A DNA stretch of 64,000 bases. It comes from an uncultured Alphaproteobacteria bacterium. Its GTDB lineage: Bacteria > Pseudomonadota > Alphaproteobacteria > CAAHEQ01 > UBA3637. Positions 8,860 through 19,611 of this stretch are shown here, in pieces. Under the pieces are notes generated by a model. It ran no database searches. It was not told where the DNA came from and worked only from the letters and a program-made list of their open reading frames with translations. Both the position numbers and the translations under genes were made by a program. Numbering within the stretch: the stretch's first letter is position 1; each line of letters opens with the position of its first letter. The stretch covers positions 155,530 to 219,529 of the forward strand of contig CASEYR010000001.1 in the NCBI GenBank assembly GCA_949292205.1. Reading direction: 5' to 3'.

Positions 8860-10077
8860 ATGACAGTAACTTATGAAGAACTTGCTCGTGGAATTGAATC
8901 TATTATCCCCGAAAACGGATTGAAAGAAAAATTGGCTATCGCCGAAAAGGAAAAACGCCCTCTAATTATTAAATTCGGAATGGATCCAACCGCTCCGGAT
9001 TTACACTTGGGACATGCTGTTGCTCTGAAAAAATTGAGACAATTTCAAGAAGCCGGACATGAAATTCACCTATTGGTCGGTGATTTTACGGCTGCTATCG
9101 GCGATCCAACCGGACGAAATACAACAAGACCTCCTCTATCACCCGAGGAAATTAAAGTAAACTCAAAAACTTACATTGACCAGATGGATAAGGTTATCGA
9201 CACCTCAAAAAATGTTAAAATCCGTTTCAACGGAGAATGGATGAGTAAGATGACTTTTTCCGATATTATTAAGTTGTTGGGAAAGGCGACGCTGGCTCAG
9301 ATGTTACAACGCGATGACTTCAGTAAGCGGTTTAAAGAGAATATTCCTATTTCTATGCATGAGCTGATTTATCCGTTAATTCAAGGATATGATTCCGTTG
9401 CTATGCACGCTGATATCGAATTTGGTGGCAGAGATCAGCTGTTTAACTGTCTTGTCGGGAAAACATTACAGGAAAGCTTCGGACAACCGGGGCAAGTTGT
9501 TATCGGAATACCTTTATTGGTTGGGCTTGACGGACAAATGAAAATGAGCAAATCCAAGGGAAACTATATCGGATTGACAGAACCCCCTAATGATATGTTC
9601 GGAAAAGCCATGTCTATTCCTGATGCTTTGATTCCAGAATGGGTGGAATTGGTTACTGATTGGACTCCTGAAAAAAAGGCAAATGCTGTTGCCGATTACA
9701 AGAATAATACAGTCAATCCAATGGAAATTAAAAAGAAAATAGCTTTTGATATCGTGCGTCAATATCATAGTCTTGAAGACGCCGAAAAAGCAGAACGCTT
9801 TTTCTATACACAGGTACAACAAAGAGGATTTGAAACAAAGGAATTCCAAGAGGTTAAAGCTTCTGATTTGGGACTTAAAACACCTTGTAGCTTGGTTGAT
9901 TTCGGCGTGGCCGTCATGCAAGGGCAAAGTAAATCTGCCATTCGTCGCTTGATTGAAAGCGGAGCCGTTGCCATTGACGGTGAAAAAGTAACGGATATCG
10001 GGACAACGGTAACCCCGACAGAGGATGGAATTAAAATAAAAATCGGGAAAAGAGGATTTTTTAATTTAAAACCGTAA
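8860..10077 (+). CDS. tyrS: Tyrosyl-tRNA synthetase (type 2)
   Basis: KFGMDPTAPDLHLGH, YPLIQGYD, KMSKS and a C-terminal S4 domain; start approximate. Confidence 0.95.
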   Translation: MTVTYEELARGIESIIPENGLKEKLAIAEKEKRPLIIKFGMDPTAPDLHLGHAVALKKLRQFQEAGHEIHLLVGDFTAAIGDPTGRNTTRPPLSPEEIKVNSKTYIDQMDKVIDTSKNVKIRFNGEWMSKMTFSDIIKLLGKATLAQMLQRDDFSKRFKENIPISMHELIYPLIQGYDSVAMHADIEFGGRDQLFNCLVGKTLQESFGQPGQVVIGIPLLVGLDGQMKMSKSKGNYIGLTEPPNDMFGKAMSIPDALIPEWVELVTDWTPEKKANAVADYKNNTVNPMEIKKKIAFDIVRQYHSLEDAEKAERFFYTQVQQRGFETKEFQEVKASDLGLKTPCSLVDFGVAVMQGQSKSAIRRLIESGAVAIDGEKVTDIGTTVTPTEDGIKIKIGKRGFFNLKP

Positions 10078-10130
10078 ACAGAGGGTTGTCCTTGTCCGAA
10101 ATAGTGTTTATATCCAGTTATAGATTGTGA

Positions 10131-11522
<1,392 letters not shown>

Positions 11523-11525
11523 TTG

Positions 11526-11939
11526 ATGGAAATGCGGCTAAAGGTTTATTCGCCCGTCGGGGTTATCTTGGAAACACCTGTGACTCAAGTCGATTTTGAG
11601 TCAATAGACGGTTTTTATACCTTACTCCACCGTCATATGGATATGGTTTCCGCTCTAAAGCCGAGTATTTTATCTTATAAAACGAATGGTAATCAACTTT
11701 ATATTGCTTGTAATCAGGGGGTCTTAGTTAAAAAGGGAGAAGATGTTTCCGTATCTACAAAATTGGCTATTATGGGAACGGATTTAAAACAGCTGCAAAA
11801 GACAATAGAAGTTGACTTCAAGGAAATGGAACAGCAGAGAAAAGAAGCCAACCTTACGATGGCTCGATTAGAAATCGGGTTAACAAAAGGGCTAATGGCT
11901 TTAAACAAAAATAATGGAGGCAGTGATGGCGGAATTTGA
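11526..11939 (+). CDS. atpC: N-type ATPase epsilon subunit
   Basis: Follows atpD; beta-rich N-terminus and helical tail typical of epsilon. Confidence 0.85.
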   Translation: MEMRLKVYSPVGVILETPVTQVDFESIDGFYTLLHRHMDMVSALKPSILSYKTNGNQLYIACNQGVLVKKGEDVSVSTKLAIMGTDLKQLQKTIEVDFKEMEQQRKEANLTMARLEIGLTKGLMALNKNNGGSDGGI

Positions 11940-12273
11940 TGAAGAAAACCGAAAAACAGCCACTATTTTAATCAACAAGGCTAAGGCTATGGAGCATCGT
12001 CAATCTCGTCTTCTATTTTTTAATGCCGCCTTGTTGGGGGTTTACGGATGGCAGTTGTCCATACCTGTCTTATTAGGCGTAGCTATCGGTCAATTTTTAG
12101 ATAGAATCTTCCCCTCCTCTGTTTTTTCATGGACTCTCAATTTCATTTTTGTCGGTTTTGTTGTGGGTATCTTTAATGCTAATCGGTGGCTTCATAAAGA
12201 GGGAACGGTTCAAATTATTAAAAAGAGATACCGTCAACAATTGGCAGAACAACGTCAACGGAGTAAAAAATGA
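11926..12273 (+). CDS. atpQ: N-ATPase AtpQ (AtpZ/AtpI-like membrane protein)
   Basis: GVYGWQLSIPVLLGVAIGQFLD pattern; operon position. Confidence 0.8.
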   Translation: MAEFDEENRKTATILINKAKAMEHRQSRLLFFNAALLGVYGWQLSIPVLLGVAIGQFLDRIFPSSVFSWTLNFIFVGFVVGIFNANRWLHKEGTVQIIKKRYRQQLAEQRQRSKK

Positions 12274-12674
12274 AACATCACATTTTTCATATGCCTTTAC
12301 ATGAGTTATTAACGGTTTTCGGAATAGGTGTCGTTTTAGGTTTAATCTATATGTACCTGTTATGGTTAACTGTTCAAACATTGCCAAAAGTTAAACATAG
12401 AGGGTTATTCCTTTTTACATCCGCCGTATTACGTATCTTTTTACTGATTTTCGGTGCTTTGGCTCTGTCACATGAGCATGCCGGTCGTTTTATCTTGATT
12501 TTCTGTGGTGTTATAGCAACTCGTCTATTTGTTCTTCGTTTTACAAAAATGGGGGCTTACCACGCTGTTGAACAAAAAGAGTTAACCTCTGCCATGAATC
12601 CTCAAGCGTCTGCTCAAAAAGGAAAAAATAGTTCTCGAAAATCTTCAAAACGAAAAGGAAGCCGTTCAAAATGA
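12270..12674 (+). CDS. atpR: N-ATPase AtpR
   Basis: GxxLGxxYxxxLWLTV...SAVLR...TR pattern; operon position. Confidence 0.8.
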   Translation: MKHHIFHMPLHELLTVFGIGVVLGLIYMYLLWLTVQTLPKVKHRGLFLFTSAVLRIFLLIFGALALSHEHAGRFILIFCGVIATRLFVLRFTKMGAYHAVEQKELTSAMNPQASAQKGKNSSRKSSKRKGSRSK

Positions 12675-13561
12675 ATGAAACCATCATGCATATCGGAGAA
12701 CTATCTGTAACGGGAAATATCCTTCTTTCCGTTGTGGCGGTTGTCATTTTATGTGTAGCTGGCTGTCTTTGGATGAAAAATTATTGGGGACGAGTTTTGT
12801 CCGTCTTCTTAATCATATCAACTTGGTGGAGCGCTTTGGACCTGAACGGCGTATCAGCTAGCGGAGAACTGGCTCTGGAAAATATTGATACCCTTCCGAT
12901 TGTTCAACTTTTCGGCATCACTATCGGCGGAACAGTCTTCTTTTCTTGGATTGTGATGGCTGTTTTAGTCCTCTTGTCTTGGCTGACAACTCGAAATTTA
13001 AAAACAACTGTCAGTGTTTCTTCGCTACAAACCGCAATGGAAATGATTGTGATGACTATTCGTTCACAAATTAAAGAAGTAAGCGGTGATAATCCGGCTC
13101 GCTATATGCCGATTATGGGGACTTTCTTTTTATTTATCGGATTAAGTAACTTACTGACGATTATTCCTTGGTTCAGAGCACCGACAGCTTCTTTGTCAAC
13201 GACTTTAGCTTTTTCTTTGTGTGTGTTCTGCGCTATGCCGATTTATGGCATTCACAACCAAGGGATTTTGGGATATCTAAAAAAATACATTGATCCAACC
13301 CCTATTATGTTACCGATGAATATCATTAGTGATTTTTCATCAACTTTCTCATTGGCTTTTCGTTTGTATGGCAATATGTTAAGTGGTGCCATCATTGCCT
13401 CGGTTTTAATGATGTTAGCTCCCTTTTTAATCCCGTTGCCTTTACAAATACTCGGTTTAATAACAGGGACGATTCAGGCGTATATCTTCTCATTGTTGGC
13501 TATTGTATACGTCTCATCAGTCGCTCCTAAACAACCATTTATTGATAAACTAACATATTAA
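12671..13561 (+). CDS. atpB: N-ATPase a subunit with an N-terminal extension
   Basis: SLAFRLYGNM and IQAYIF motifs. Confidence 0.93.
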   Translation: MNETIMHIGELSVTGNILLSVVAVVILCVAGCLWMKNYWGRVLSVFLIISTWWSALDLNGVSASGELALENIDTLPIVQLFGITIGGTVFFSWIVMAVLVLLSWLTTRNLKTTVSVSSLQTAMEMIVMTIRSQIKEVSGDNPARYMPIMGTFFLFIGLSNLLTIIPWFRAPTASLSTTLAFSLCVFCAMPIYGIHNQGILGYLKKYIDPTPIMLPMNIISDFSSTFSLAFRLYGNMLSGAIIASVLMMLAPFLIPLPLQILGLITGTIQAYIFSLLAIVYVSSVAPKQPFIDKLTY

Positions 13562-13579
13562 CAAGAAAGGAGAAAAAAA

Positions 13580-13858
13580 ATGGATGCAATTACTTTAATC
13601 GGAGCTATGTCTGTCCTCGCTGCAGGATTATGTATCTCTATCGGCGGTATCGGACCCGGACTTGGTGAAGGAAATGCGGCCGCAAGTGCTTTGCGGGCTA
13701 TCGCTCAACAACCGGATGAAGCCGGCACAATCACCAGAACGTTATTTGTTTCCATGGCTATGGTGGAATCAACAGCTATTTACGCATTCGTTGTTACTGT
13801 TTTAATTTTATACTTCAATCCGTTTTGGAACTACGCTGTTGAAATGGCTGCCAAGTAA
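13580..13858 (+). CDS. atpE: N-ATPase c subunit with Na+-type ligands
   Basis: GPGLGEG, AQQP loop and ESTAIY. Confidence 0.95.
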   Translation: MDAITLIGAMSVLAAGLCISIGGIGPGLGEGNAAASALRAIAQQPDEAGTITRTLFVSMAMVESTAIYAFVVTVLILYFNPFWNYAVEMAAK

Positions 13859-13870
13859 AAGGAGACCGTT

Positions 13871-14644
13871 ATGGGATTCAGCTGGGTTACATTCATTGCC
13901 CAAATTGTCAATCTATTTGTTTTAGTTTGGTTGTTAAAGCGTTTCTTGTATCAACCAATCGTTGATACCATTGCCAAGCGTCAGGCCTATATTAAGGATA
14001 AAGTCAAAAAGGCTGAAAATGCTGCGGAAAAAGCATTGCAAGAGCAAAAAGCTCTGGCAGATAAAAATGCTGCTTTTGAGGCTGACAAACAAAAACGCTT
14101 GGACGAGGCTTTGGCGGAGATTGATCGTCTTAAAAAAGAGCAAGAAGATCGTATCTCGGAAGAGTTGAAAGCTAAACGAGTCAAAATGCAAAGCGACTTA
14201 AATCGAGAAACGGCTTCTCTGCAATTGGAAATTCGGAATTTGATGGCTCAGCAATTCTTGGAGTTATCTCAAAAAGCAATGGCTGATTTATCGGGATTAT
14301 CTCCGATTGAACAGGCTATTTTGCTCTTCCGAAAAAAAATTGAAAAGCTGAACTCAAAAGAAAAAACAAATATAAAAAAAATATCTTTAAAACAAAAGAT
14401 TATGTCAATAAATATTTCTTCTGCTTTAACAAAAAAAGCTCAAGATGAATTGTTGGCTTTTATCCGAAAAACGTTTGATTTGGACTCGTCCGTTCGTATC
14501 AGCATTCAAGTCAATCCAGACTTAATTCTTGGTGCTGAAATGATAACGGGAGATGTGGCGGTTGAATGGAACTTAAAGTCATATCTGGATGCTTTTACGG
14601 GAAATCTGAATACAGCTTTATCGGGGTTAATCATTAAGGAGTAA
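13871..14644 (+). CDS. atpF: N-ATPase b subunit (long form with delta-like C-terminus)
   Basis: AQIVNLFVLVWLLKRFLYQP, coiled coil and PDLILG tail. Confidence 0.9.
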   Translation: MGFSWVTFIAQIVNLFVLVWLLKRFLYQPIVDTIAKRQAYIKDKVKKAENAAEKALQEQKALADKNAAFEADKQKRLDEALAEIDRLKKEQEDRISEELKAKRVKMQSDLNRETASLQLEIRNLMAQQFLELSQKAMADLSGLSPIEQAILLFRKKIEKLNSKEKTNIKKISLKQKIMSINISSALTKKAQDELLAFIRKTFDLDSSVRISIQVNPDLILGAEMITGDVAVEWNLKSYLDAFTGNLNTALSGLIIKE

Positions 14645-14655
14645 GAGAGGCGAAT

Positions 14656-16182
14656 ATGTTACACAAAGCGTCTAGGGAAGCAGAACAGGCAATTAAAGAG
14701 GCTATTCAAAAAACGCCTTTGGATTTAAAAGTATCCGAAACAAGTTCAATCATATCTATCTCGGCCGGAACAGCGGAAGTTTCGGGCCTTTCAAAGGTTC
14801 AAATGAACGAGTTGTTGACCTTTAAAGATAACACAATCGGTATGGTTCAAACCTTAATGCAGGACAGAGTCGGTGTCGTCTTTTTGACGAATGCCGATCA
14901 CTTAAAAGCCGGTGATAAAGCCAAACGAACGCATCGCGTGTTAGATGTTCCTGTCGGAGATGCTCTGTTGGGACGTGTCATCAACCCATTGGGACAGCCC
15001 TTGGATAATAAAGGCGCCATTCCGACAACGCAAACTTATCCGATTGAACGAGAATCTCCTCCGATTATGCATCGTGCTCCGGTGGATACACCGTTACAAA
15101 CGGGACTGAAAGCGATTGATTCTTTTACGCCCATCGGACGCGGACAACGTGAATTGATTTTAGGTGACAGACAAACCGGAAAAACAGCTATTGCTTTGGA
15201 TACAATGATTAACCAAAAAGAATCCGGTGTTATCTGTGTCTACTGCGCTATCGGTCAACGCGCTGCAGGAACGGCTCGTGTTATTGCCGACTTGGAAAAA
15301 TACGGCGTCATGGAAAACACAATCGTTGTTGTTGCCTCGGGTGATGATGAAGCCGGCATGCAATTTATTGCTCCCTATGCGGCAACTTCTATCGGCGAAT
15401 ATTTTATGGAAAAAGGAAAAGATGTCTTAATTGTTTATGATGATTTGACGGCTCATGCCAGAGCTTATCGCCAAATGTCCTTGCTATTGAGAACACCTCC
15501 GGGACGAGAGGCTTTTCCGGGAGATATCTTCTATATTCACTCTCGACTCTTGGAACGGTCAACACACTTACGTCCGGAGTTCGGTGGTGGTTCCCTCACC
15601 TCTTTGCCGATTGTGTCAACCGAGGCTGGAAATATATCCGCCTATATTCCGACAAACATTATTTCTATTACCGACGGACAAATCTATCTGTCGACTTCTT
15701 TATTCCAAAAGGGGATTCTGCCGGCTATTGATACGGGACGTTCCGTTTCTCGTGTCGGTGGTGATGCTCAATTACCGGCTTATCGGAGTTTGGTCGGTCC
15801 ATTAAAATTGTTTTTCTCACAGTTTGAGGAGTTAGAGTCCTTTGCAAAATTCGGGACCCAAATGGATCCTGAAACGGCCGGACGGTTAAAACGCGGAAAA
15901 GCTATTCGGGCCGTTATGCAACAAATACAATATGCTCCTTTACCAGCTGCCGACCAAATCGCTGTCTTTTTGGCTACGAATGAGGGATTGTTGGATGATG
16001 TAGATGAACGTCAAAGTGCTTTGGCTCAGAAAATTATCATCCATGTTTTACATTCCAAATTCCCTAAGGTTATCACCAGTATCGTTGATAAAAGAGAAAA
16101 ATTATCAAATGATATAAAACAAAAGCTGTTAGATGCTTTCCGAAAAGCCTTGGCAAATGAAAAAGGATTAAAAACAGAATGA
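14656..16182 (+). CDS. atpA: N-ATPase alpha subunit
   Basis: GDRQTGKT and PPGREAFPGDIFY motifs. Confidence 0.97.
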   Translation: MLHKASREAEQAIKEAIQKTPLDLKVSETSSIISISAGTAEVSGLSKVQMNELLTFKDNTIGMVQTLMQDRVGVVFLTNADHLKAGDKAKRTHRVLDVPVGDALLGRVINPLGQPLDNKGAIPTTQTYPIERESPPIMHRAPVDTPLQTGLKAIDSFTPIGRGQRELILGDRQTGKTAIALDTMINQKESGVICVYCAIGQRAAGTARVIADLEKYGVMENTIVVVASGDDEAGMQFIAPYAATSIGEYFMEKGKDVLIVYDDLTAHARAYRQMSLLLRTPPGREAFPGDIFYIHSRLLERSTHLRPEFGGGSLTSLPIVSTEAGNISAYIPTNIISITDGQIYLSTSLFQKGILPAIDTGRSVSRVGGDAQLPAYRSLVGPLKLFFSQFEELESFAKFGTQMDPETAGRLKRGKAIRAVMQQIQYAPLPAADQIAVFLATNEGLLDDVDERQSALAQKIIIHVLHSKFPKVITSIVDKREKLSNDIKQKLLDAFRKALANEKGLKTE

Positions 16183-17084
16183 CTCTGGAAGCTTTAAATA
16201 AACGTATCAAAACAACAACGGATTTACGTGACATTGTCAGTACAATGAAAATGCTCTCGTCCGTTAGTGTCGGGCAATACGAAAAAGCTCTTGCCTCTTT
16301 AAATGAATATGGGGCAACGGTTCGAAAAGCTTTCCAAGGTTTATTAAAAGATGACTCCTTTATCTATACACCTAAAAACATTAAAACAAATCGCCCTAAA
16401 ACAATTGCGGTGATTATCGGAACAGATAATGGTCTTGTCGGACGATTTAACAGAGATGTCCTAACTTTTGCAAAACGCAGTTTAAAAGAACGAAATTGCC
16501 TAGAGGAAACAGTAGCTATATGTGTCGGAAAACGTATCGGTTTAATGGTACAATCAGCCAAAATGTCCGTTGCGACAACGTATCCGATTATGAACTCGTT
16601 AAAAGAAATAGCTTCAATCGCCTCTATGGTTTTGATTAAGTTGAATGAGATAATCACTAAACAACGAATTGATCAAGTATTGGTTTATTACACTTATCGT
16701 TCGACCGGAGAACAGCAACATGTTGTCGTTAGACAGCTAATGCCTTTGCCGGCCGATGATTTAATTGACTTGAAAAAGGAAAAATGGGATGGACGAACAC
16801 TCCCCTTAATTACGGGTGACAGAGAGGCTTTGTTTTCAGCCTTAAGTCATGAGTATTTGACCGTTATTTTGGCTCATGCCTTAACCGCTTCTTTGGCTGC
16901 AGAACATTATACGCGTATGGTGAATATGCAACAGGCAGAAAAAAATATTGATGAATCCTTGGAAAATATGAATTTAGAGTATCAACAATTACGACAAACG
17001 AATATTACCGATGAATTAATTGATATTGTATCCGGGGCCGAAAGTATGAAAAAAAAGAAAATAAATCTAAATAACCCTTTATAA
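16179..17084 (+). CDS. atpG: N-ATPase gamma subunit
   Basis: GTDNGLVGRFN and RQTNITDELIDIVSG motifs. Confidence 0.93.
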   Translation: MTLEALNKRIKTTTDLRDIVSTMKMLSSVSVGQYEKALASLNEYGATVRKAFQGLLKDDSFIYTPKNIKTNRPKTIAVIIGTDNGLVGRFNRDVLTFAKRSLKERNCLEETVAICVGKRIGLMVQSAKMSVATTYPIMNSLKEIASIASMVLIKLNEIITKQRIDQVLVYYTYRSTGEQQHVVVRQLMPLPADDLIDLKKEKWDGRTLPLITGDREALFSALSHEYLTVILAHALTASLAAEHYTRMVNMQQAEKNIDESLENMNLEYQQLRQTNITDELIDIVSGAESMKKKKINLNNPL

Positions 17085-17151
17085 CACTTGACAATAGAAT
17101 AAAAAAAGGATAGTAATTACTATATTATCAACAAGAAAGGAAATATATATT

Positions 17152-17445
17152 ATGATCAAATCAGAATTAGTTACTAATGTTGCAGAAAAAAACGATTTAA
17201 CCAGAGCTGATGCAGAACGGGTTGTTGCAACAATTTTGGATACAATTAAAGATGCCTTAATTCAGGGAAACAGAGTTGAATTGAGAGGTTTTGGTGTTTT
17301 GTCTGTTCGGACGCGCAAGCCTAGACTTGGCCGTAATCCTAAAACAGGCGCTCAGGTTCAGGTTGAGGGAAAACGTGTCCCTTTCTTTAAGGCAGGCAAG
17401 TCTGTCAATGACGCCCTAAACAAAAAAGCTAAAAAAGGCGCATAA
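17152..17445 (+). CDS. ihfB: Integration host factor beta / HU-family protein
   Basis: MIKSEL, RVELRGFG, GRNPKTG and VPFFKAGK motifs. Confidence 0.8.
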   Translation: MIKSELVTNVAEKNDLTRADAERVVATILDTIKDALIQGNRVELRGFGVLSVRTRKPRLGRNPKTGAQVQVEGKRVPFFKAGKSVNDALNKKAKKGA

Positions 17446-17448
17446 GCT

Positions 17449-18294
17449 ATGAACTGGATTACCAATCTGACGCGACCGACGGTCAAGAAAGTTAATATTC
17501 ATGCCGATATCCCCGATAATTTCTGGGATAGATGCCCAGGGTGTGGGGCAATGCTCTTTCATGAAGAGATAAATAAAACAGACTATGTTTGTCCACGGTG
17601 TAATCATCACTTTCGTTTGCCTCCGTTGCGTCGGTTGGAAATGATCTTTGATAATCAGGAGTATACTCTGATTCAATTGCCAAAAGTCAAAGAAGATCCT
17701 TTGCATTTCTGTGATTTAAAAAAATACACTGATCGCTTAAAAGATGCCAGAAAAAAAACAAAAAGCGATGATGCTATTTTGGTTGCCCATGGTAAAATAG
17801 GTGGAAAACCGGCTGTTGTTGGTGTTTTTAACTTTAACTTTATGGGCGGTTCAATGGGAACTTATGTCGGTGAAGCTATTGTGACAGCGGCTCAATTGGC
17901 CTTGTTGCAAGAAGCGGCTTTAATTTTAATCCCTGCTTCCGGTGGTGCCCGTATGCAAGAAGGAATGCTTTCCTTGATGCAAATGGCTCGCACAACGGTT
18001 GCTGTAAAACGACTTAAGAAAAAGAAGTTACCATATATTGTCGTTCTGACAGATCCAACAACCGGCGGTGTAACAGCTTCATTCGCTATGTTGGGGGATA
18101 TTACTTTGGCCGAACCAGGTTCTGTTATTGGATTTGCAGGCGCTCGGGTCATTGAGCAAACTATCCGACAGAAATTACCGCCAAACTTCCAAAAGGCAGA
18201 TTATTTGTTAGATCATGGCATGATTGATCAAGTTGTTCCGCGTAAAGATTTACGAAAGAAATTGATTCAAATTTTAGGATTATTACTAAAATAA
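17449..18294 (+). CDS. accD: Acetyl-CoA carboxylase carboxyltransferase beta
   Basis: Zn finger, FMGGSMG, SGGARMQEG and PTTGGVTASFA motifs. Confidence 0.97.
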   Translation: MNWITNLTRPTVKKVNIHADIPDNFWDRCPGCGAMLFHEEINKTDYVCPRCNHHFRLPPLRRLEMIFDNQEYTLIQLPKVKEDPLHFCDLKKYTDRLKDARKKTKSDDAILVAHGKIGGKPAVVGVFNFNFMGGSMGTYVGEAIVTAAQLALLQEAALILIPASGGARMQEGMLSLMQMARTTVAVKRLKKKKLPYIVVLTDPTTGGVTASFAMLGDITLAEPGSVIGFAGARVIEQTIRQKLPPNFQKADYLLDHGMIDQVVPRKDLRKKLIQILGLLLK

Positions 18295-18355
18295 TAAAAA
18301 AAACTTGTTTTAAGCAGAGAATATCCTATTTAATAAAAGAAGGGTAGGTTTTAAG

Positions 18356-19369
18356 ATGGAAAATATTTTATTTTTTGATACAGATAAACAACTGCGTGAT
18401 TTTGCTGAAGATCACCCCATTGAAAATGTTAATATGGTGTTTTTTGATAAAGGGTTGAATGCGATATCCCCAAAAGTATTAGAGCCATATTTAGATACTC
18501 GTATTATTTCAGGCTTTATTCACTCGGAAACATTATCCAATGATAAATTGGATTTATTTCCAAACTTAAAGTTGATTGCAACACGTTCAACAGGCTTTAA
18601 TCATATTGACTTGGAATATTGTAAAAAAAGAGGGATTTTGGTTGAAAATGTTCCTTCATATGGTGCAACAACGGTTGCTGAGTTTGCTTTTGGTCTTTTG
18701 CTGGCTCTGGCTCGTAAAATTATAGAATCAAAAAATGATATGGCTCATAATCGAATTGAAACATCTAATTATATGGGCTTTGACCTGATGGGAAAAACGT
18801 TGGGCGTTATCGGAACAGGCTCTATCGGACGTCATATGATTCAAATTGCTCAGGGCTTTGGAATGAAAGTTATTGCTTACGATCCTTTTCAAAATCCAGC
18901 ATTAAAAGATTTATACGTTTCGGATTTGAATACGATTTATCAAGAAAGTGATATCATTTCTTTACATGTTCCTTCAACACCAGAAAACTATCATATGATT
19001 AATGAAGCCGCTTTCAATCAAATGAAAAAAGGGGTTATCATTATCAATACTGCCAGAGGAGATTTGATTGATACTCAAGCCCTGTATTTTGCTTTAAGAA
19101 AAGGAATTGTCGCCGGTGCCGGTTTGGATGTTCTGGAAAACGAAGACTTTTTGTTACATGATGAAGTAGCTACTTCCCCCAGAATGAGTGATAATGATTT
19201 TCTGTTAGATTCGGCAATGAATTTAAAGCTGTTGCAATTTAAAAATGTTATTGCAACCCCTCATATTGCTTTTAACTCTATTGATGCCATTAATCGTATT
19301 AATGCAACGACTTTTGATAATATAGCTAATTTTATCACTGGTAAAATAACGAATAATGTCATTAAATAA
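18356..19369 (+). CDS. D-isomer 2-hydroxyacid dehydrogenase (D-lactate dehydrogenase-like)
   Basis: TRSTGFNHID, GTGSIG, NTARG and TPHIAF motifs. Confidence 0.88.
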   Translation: MENILFFDTDKQLRDFAEDHPIENVNMVFFDKGLNAISPKVLEPYLDTRIISGFIHSETLSNDKLDLFPNLKLIATRSTGFNHIDLEYCKKRGILVENVPSYGATTVAEFAFGLLLALARKIIESKNDMAHNRIETSNYMGFDLMGKTLGVIGTGSIGRHMIQIAQGFGMKVIAYDPFQNPALKDLYVSDLNTIYQESDIISLHVPSTPENYHMINEAAFNQMKKGVIIINTARGDLIDTQALYFALRKGIVAGAGLDVLENEDFLLHDEVATSPRMSDNDFLLDSAMNLKLLQFKNVIATPHIAFNSIDAINRINATTFDNIANFITGKITNNVIK

Positions 19370-19390
19370 ACAATAATTGTTATCTTATTT

Positions 19391-19419
19391 AGCCCCTGCT
19401 GAAAATAGCAGGGGCTTTT
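19391..19419 (+). terminator. Terminator
   Basis: AGCCCCTGCT...AGCAGGGGCT followed by TTT. Confidence 0.75.
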
Positions 19420-19560
19420 ACGATTTGAACGTAACACTACCCGCGTAAGCGGGTAGATGTAGACATACCAACCCAACCGTAAGGCTTACGGAGCTTTGGG
19501 GCTAGGCAAACGAAGTTTGAATAGGCTAATACCACTTGCGTTAGCGAGTGGAGGTTTATT
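19416..19560 (+). repeat. Dispersed hairpin-rich intergenic element, copy 2 (diverged)
   Basis: Shares GAACGTAACACTACCYGCGTAAGCRGGTAGATGTAGACATACCA and ACCACTTGCGTTAGCGAGTGGARGTTTATT with copy 1. Confidence 0.9.
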
Positions 19561-19571
19561 TTTTGAGGATG

Positions 19572-19606
19572 AAAAAACAGGGAATATTTTTATTCCCTGT
19601 TTTTTT
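19572..19606. terminator. Bidirectional terminator after aspS
   Basis: AAAAAACAGGGAATA...TATTCCCTGTTTTTT. Confidence 0.75.
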
Positions 19607-19611
19607 ATTTA

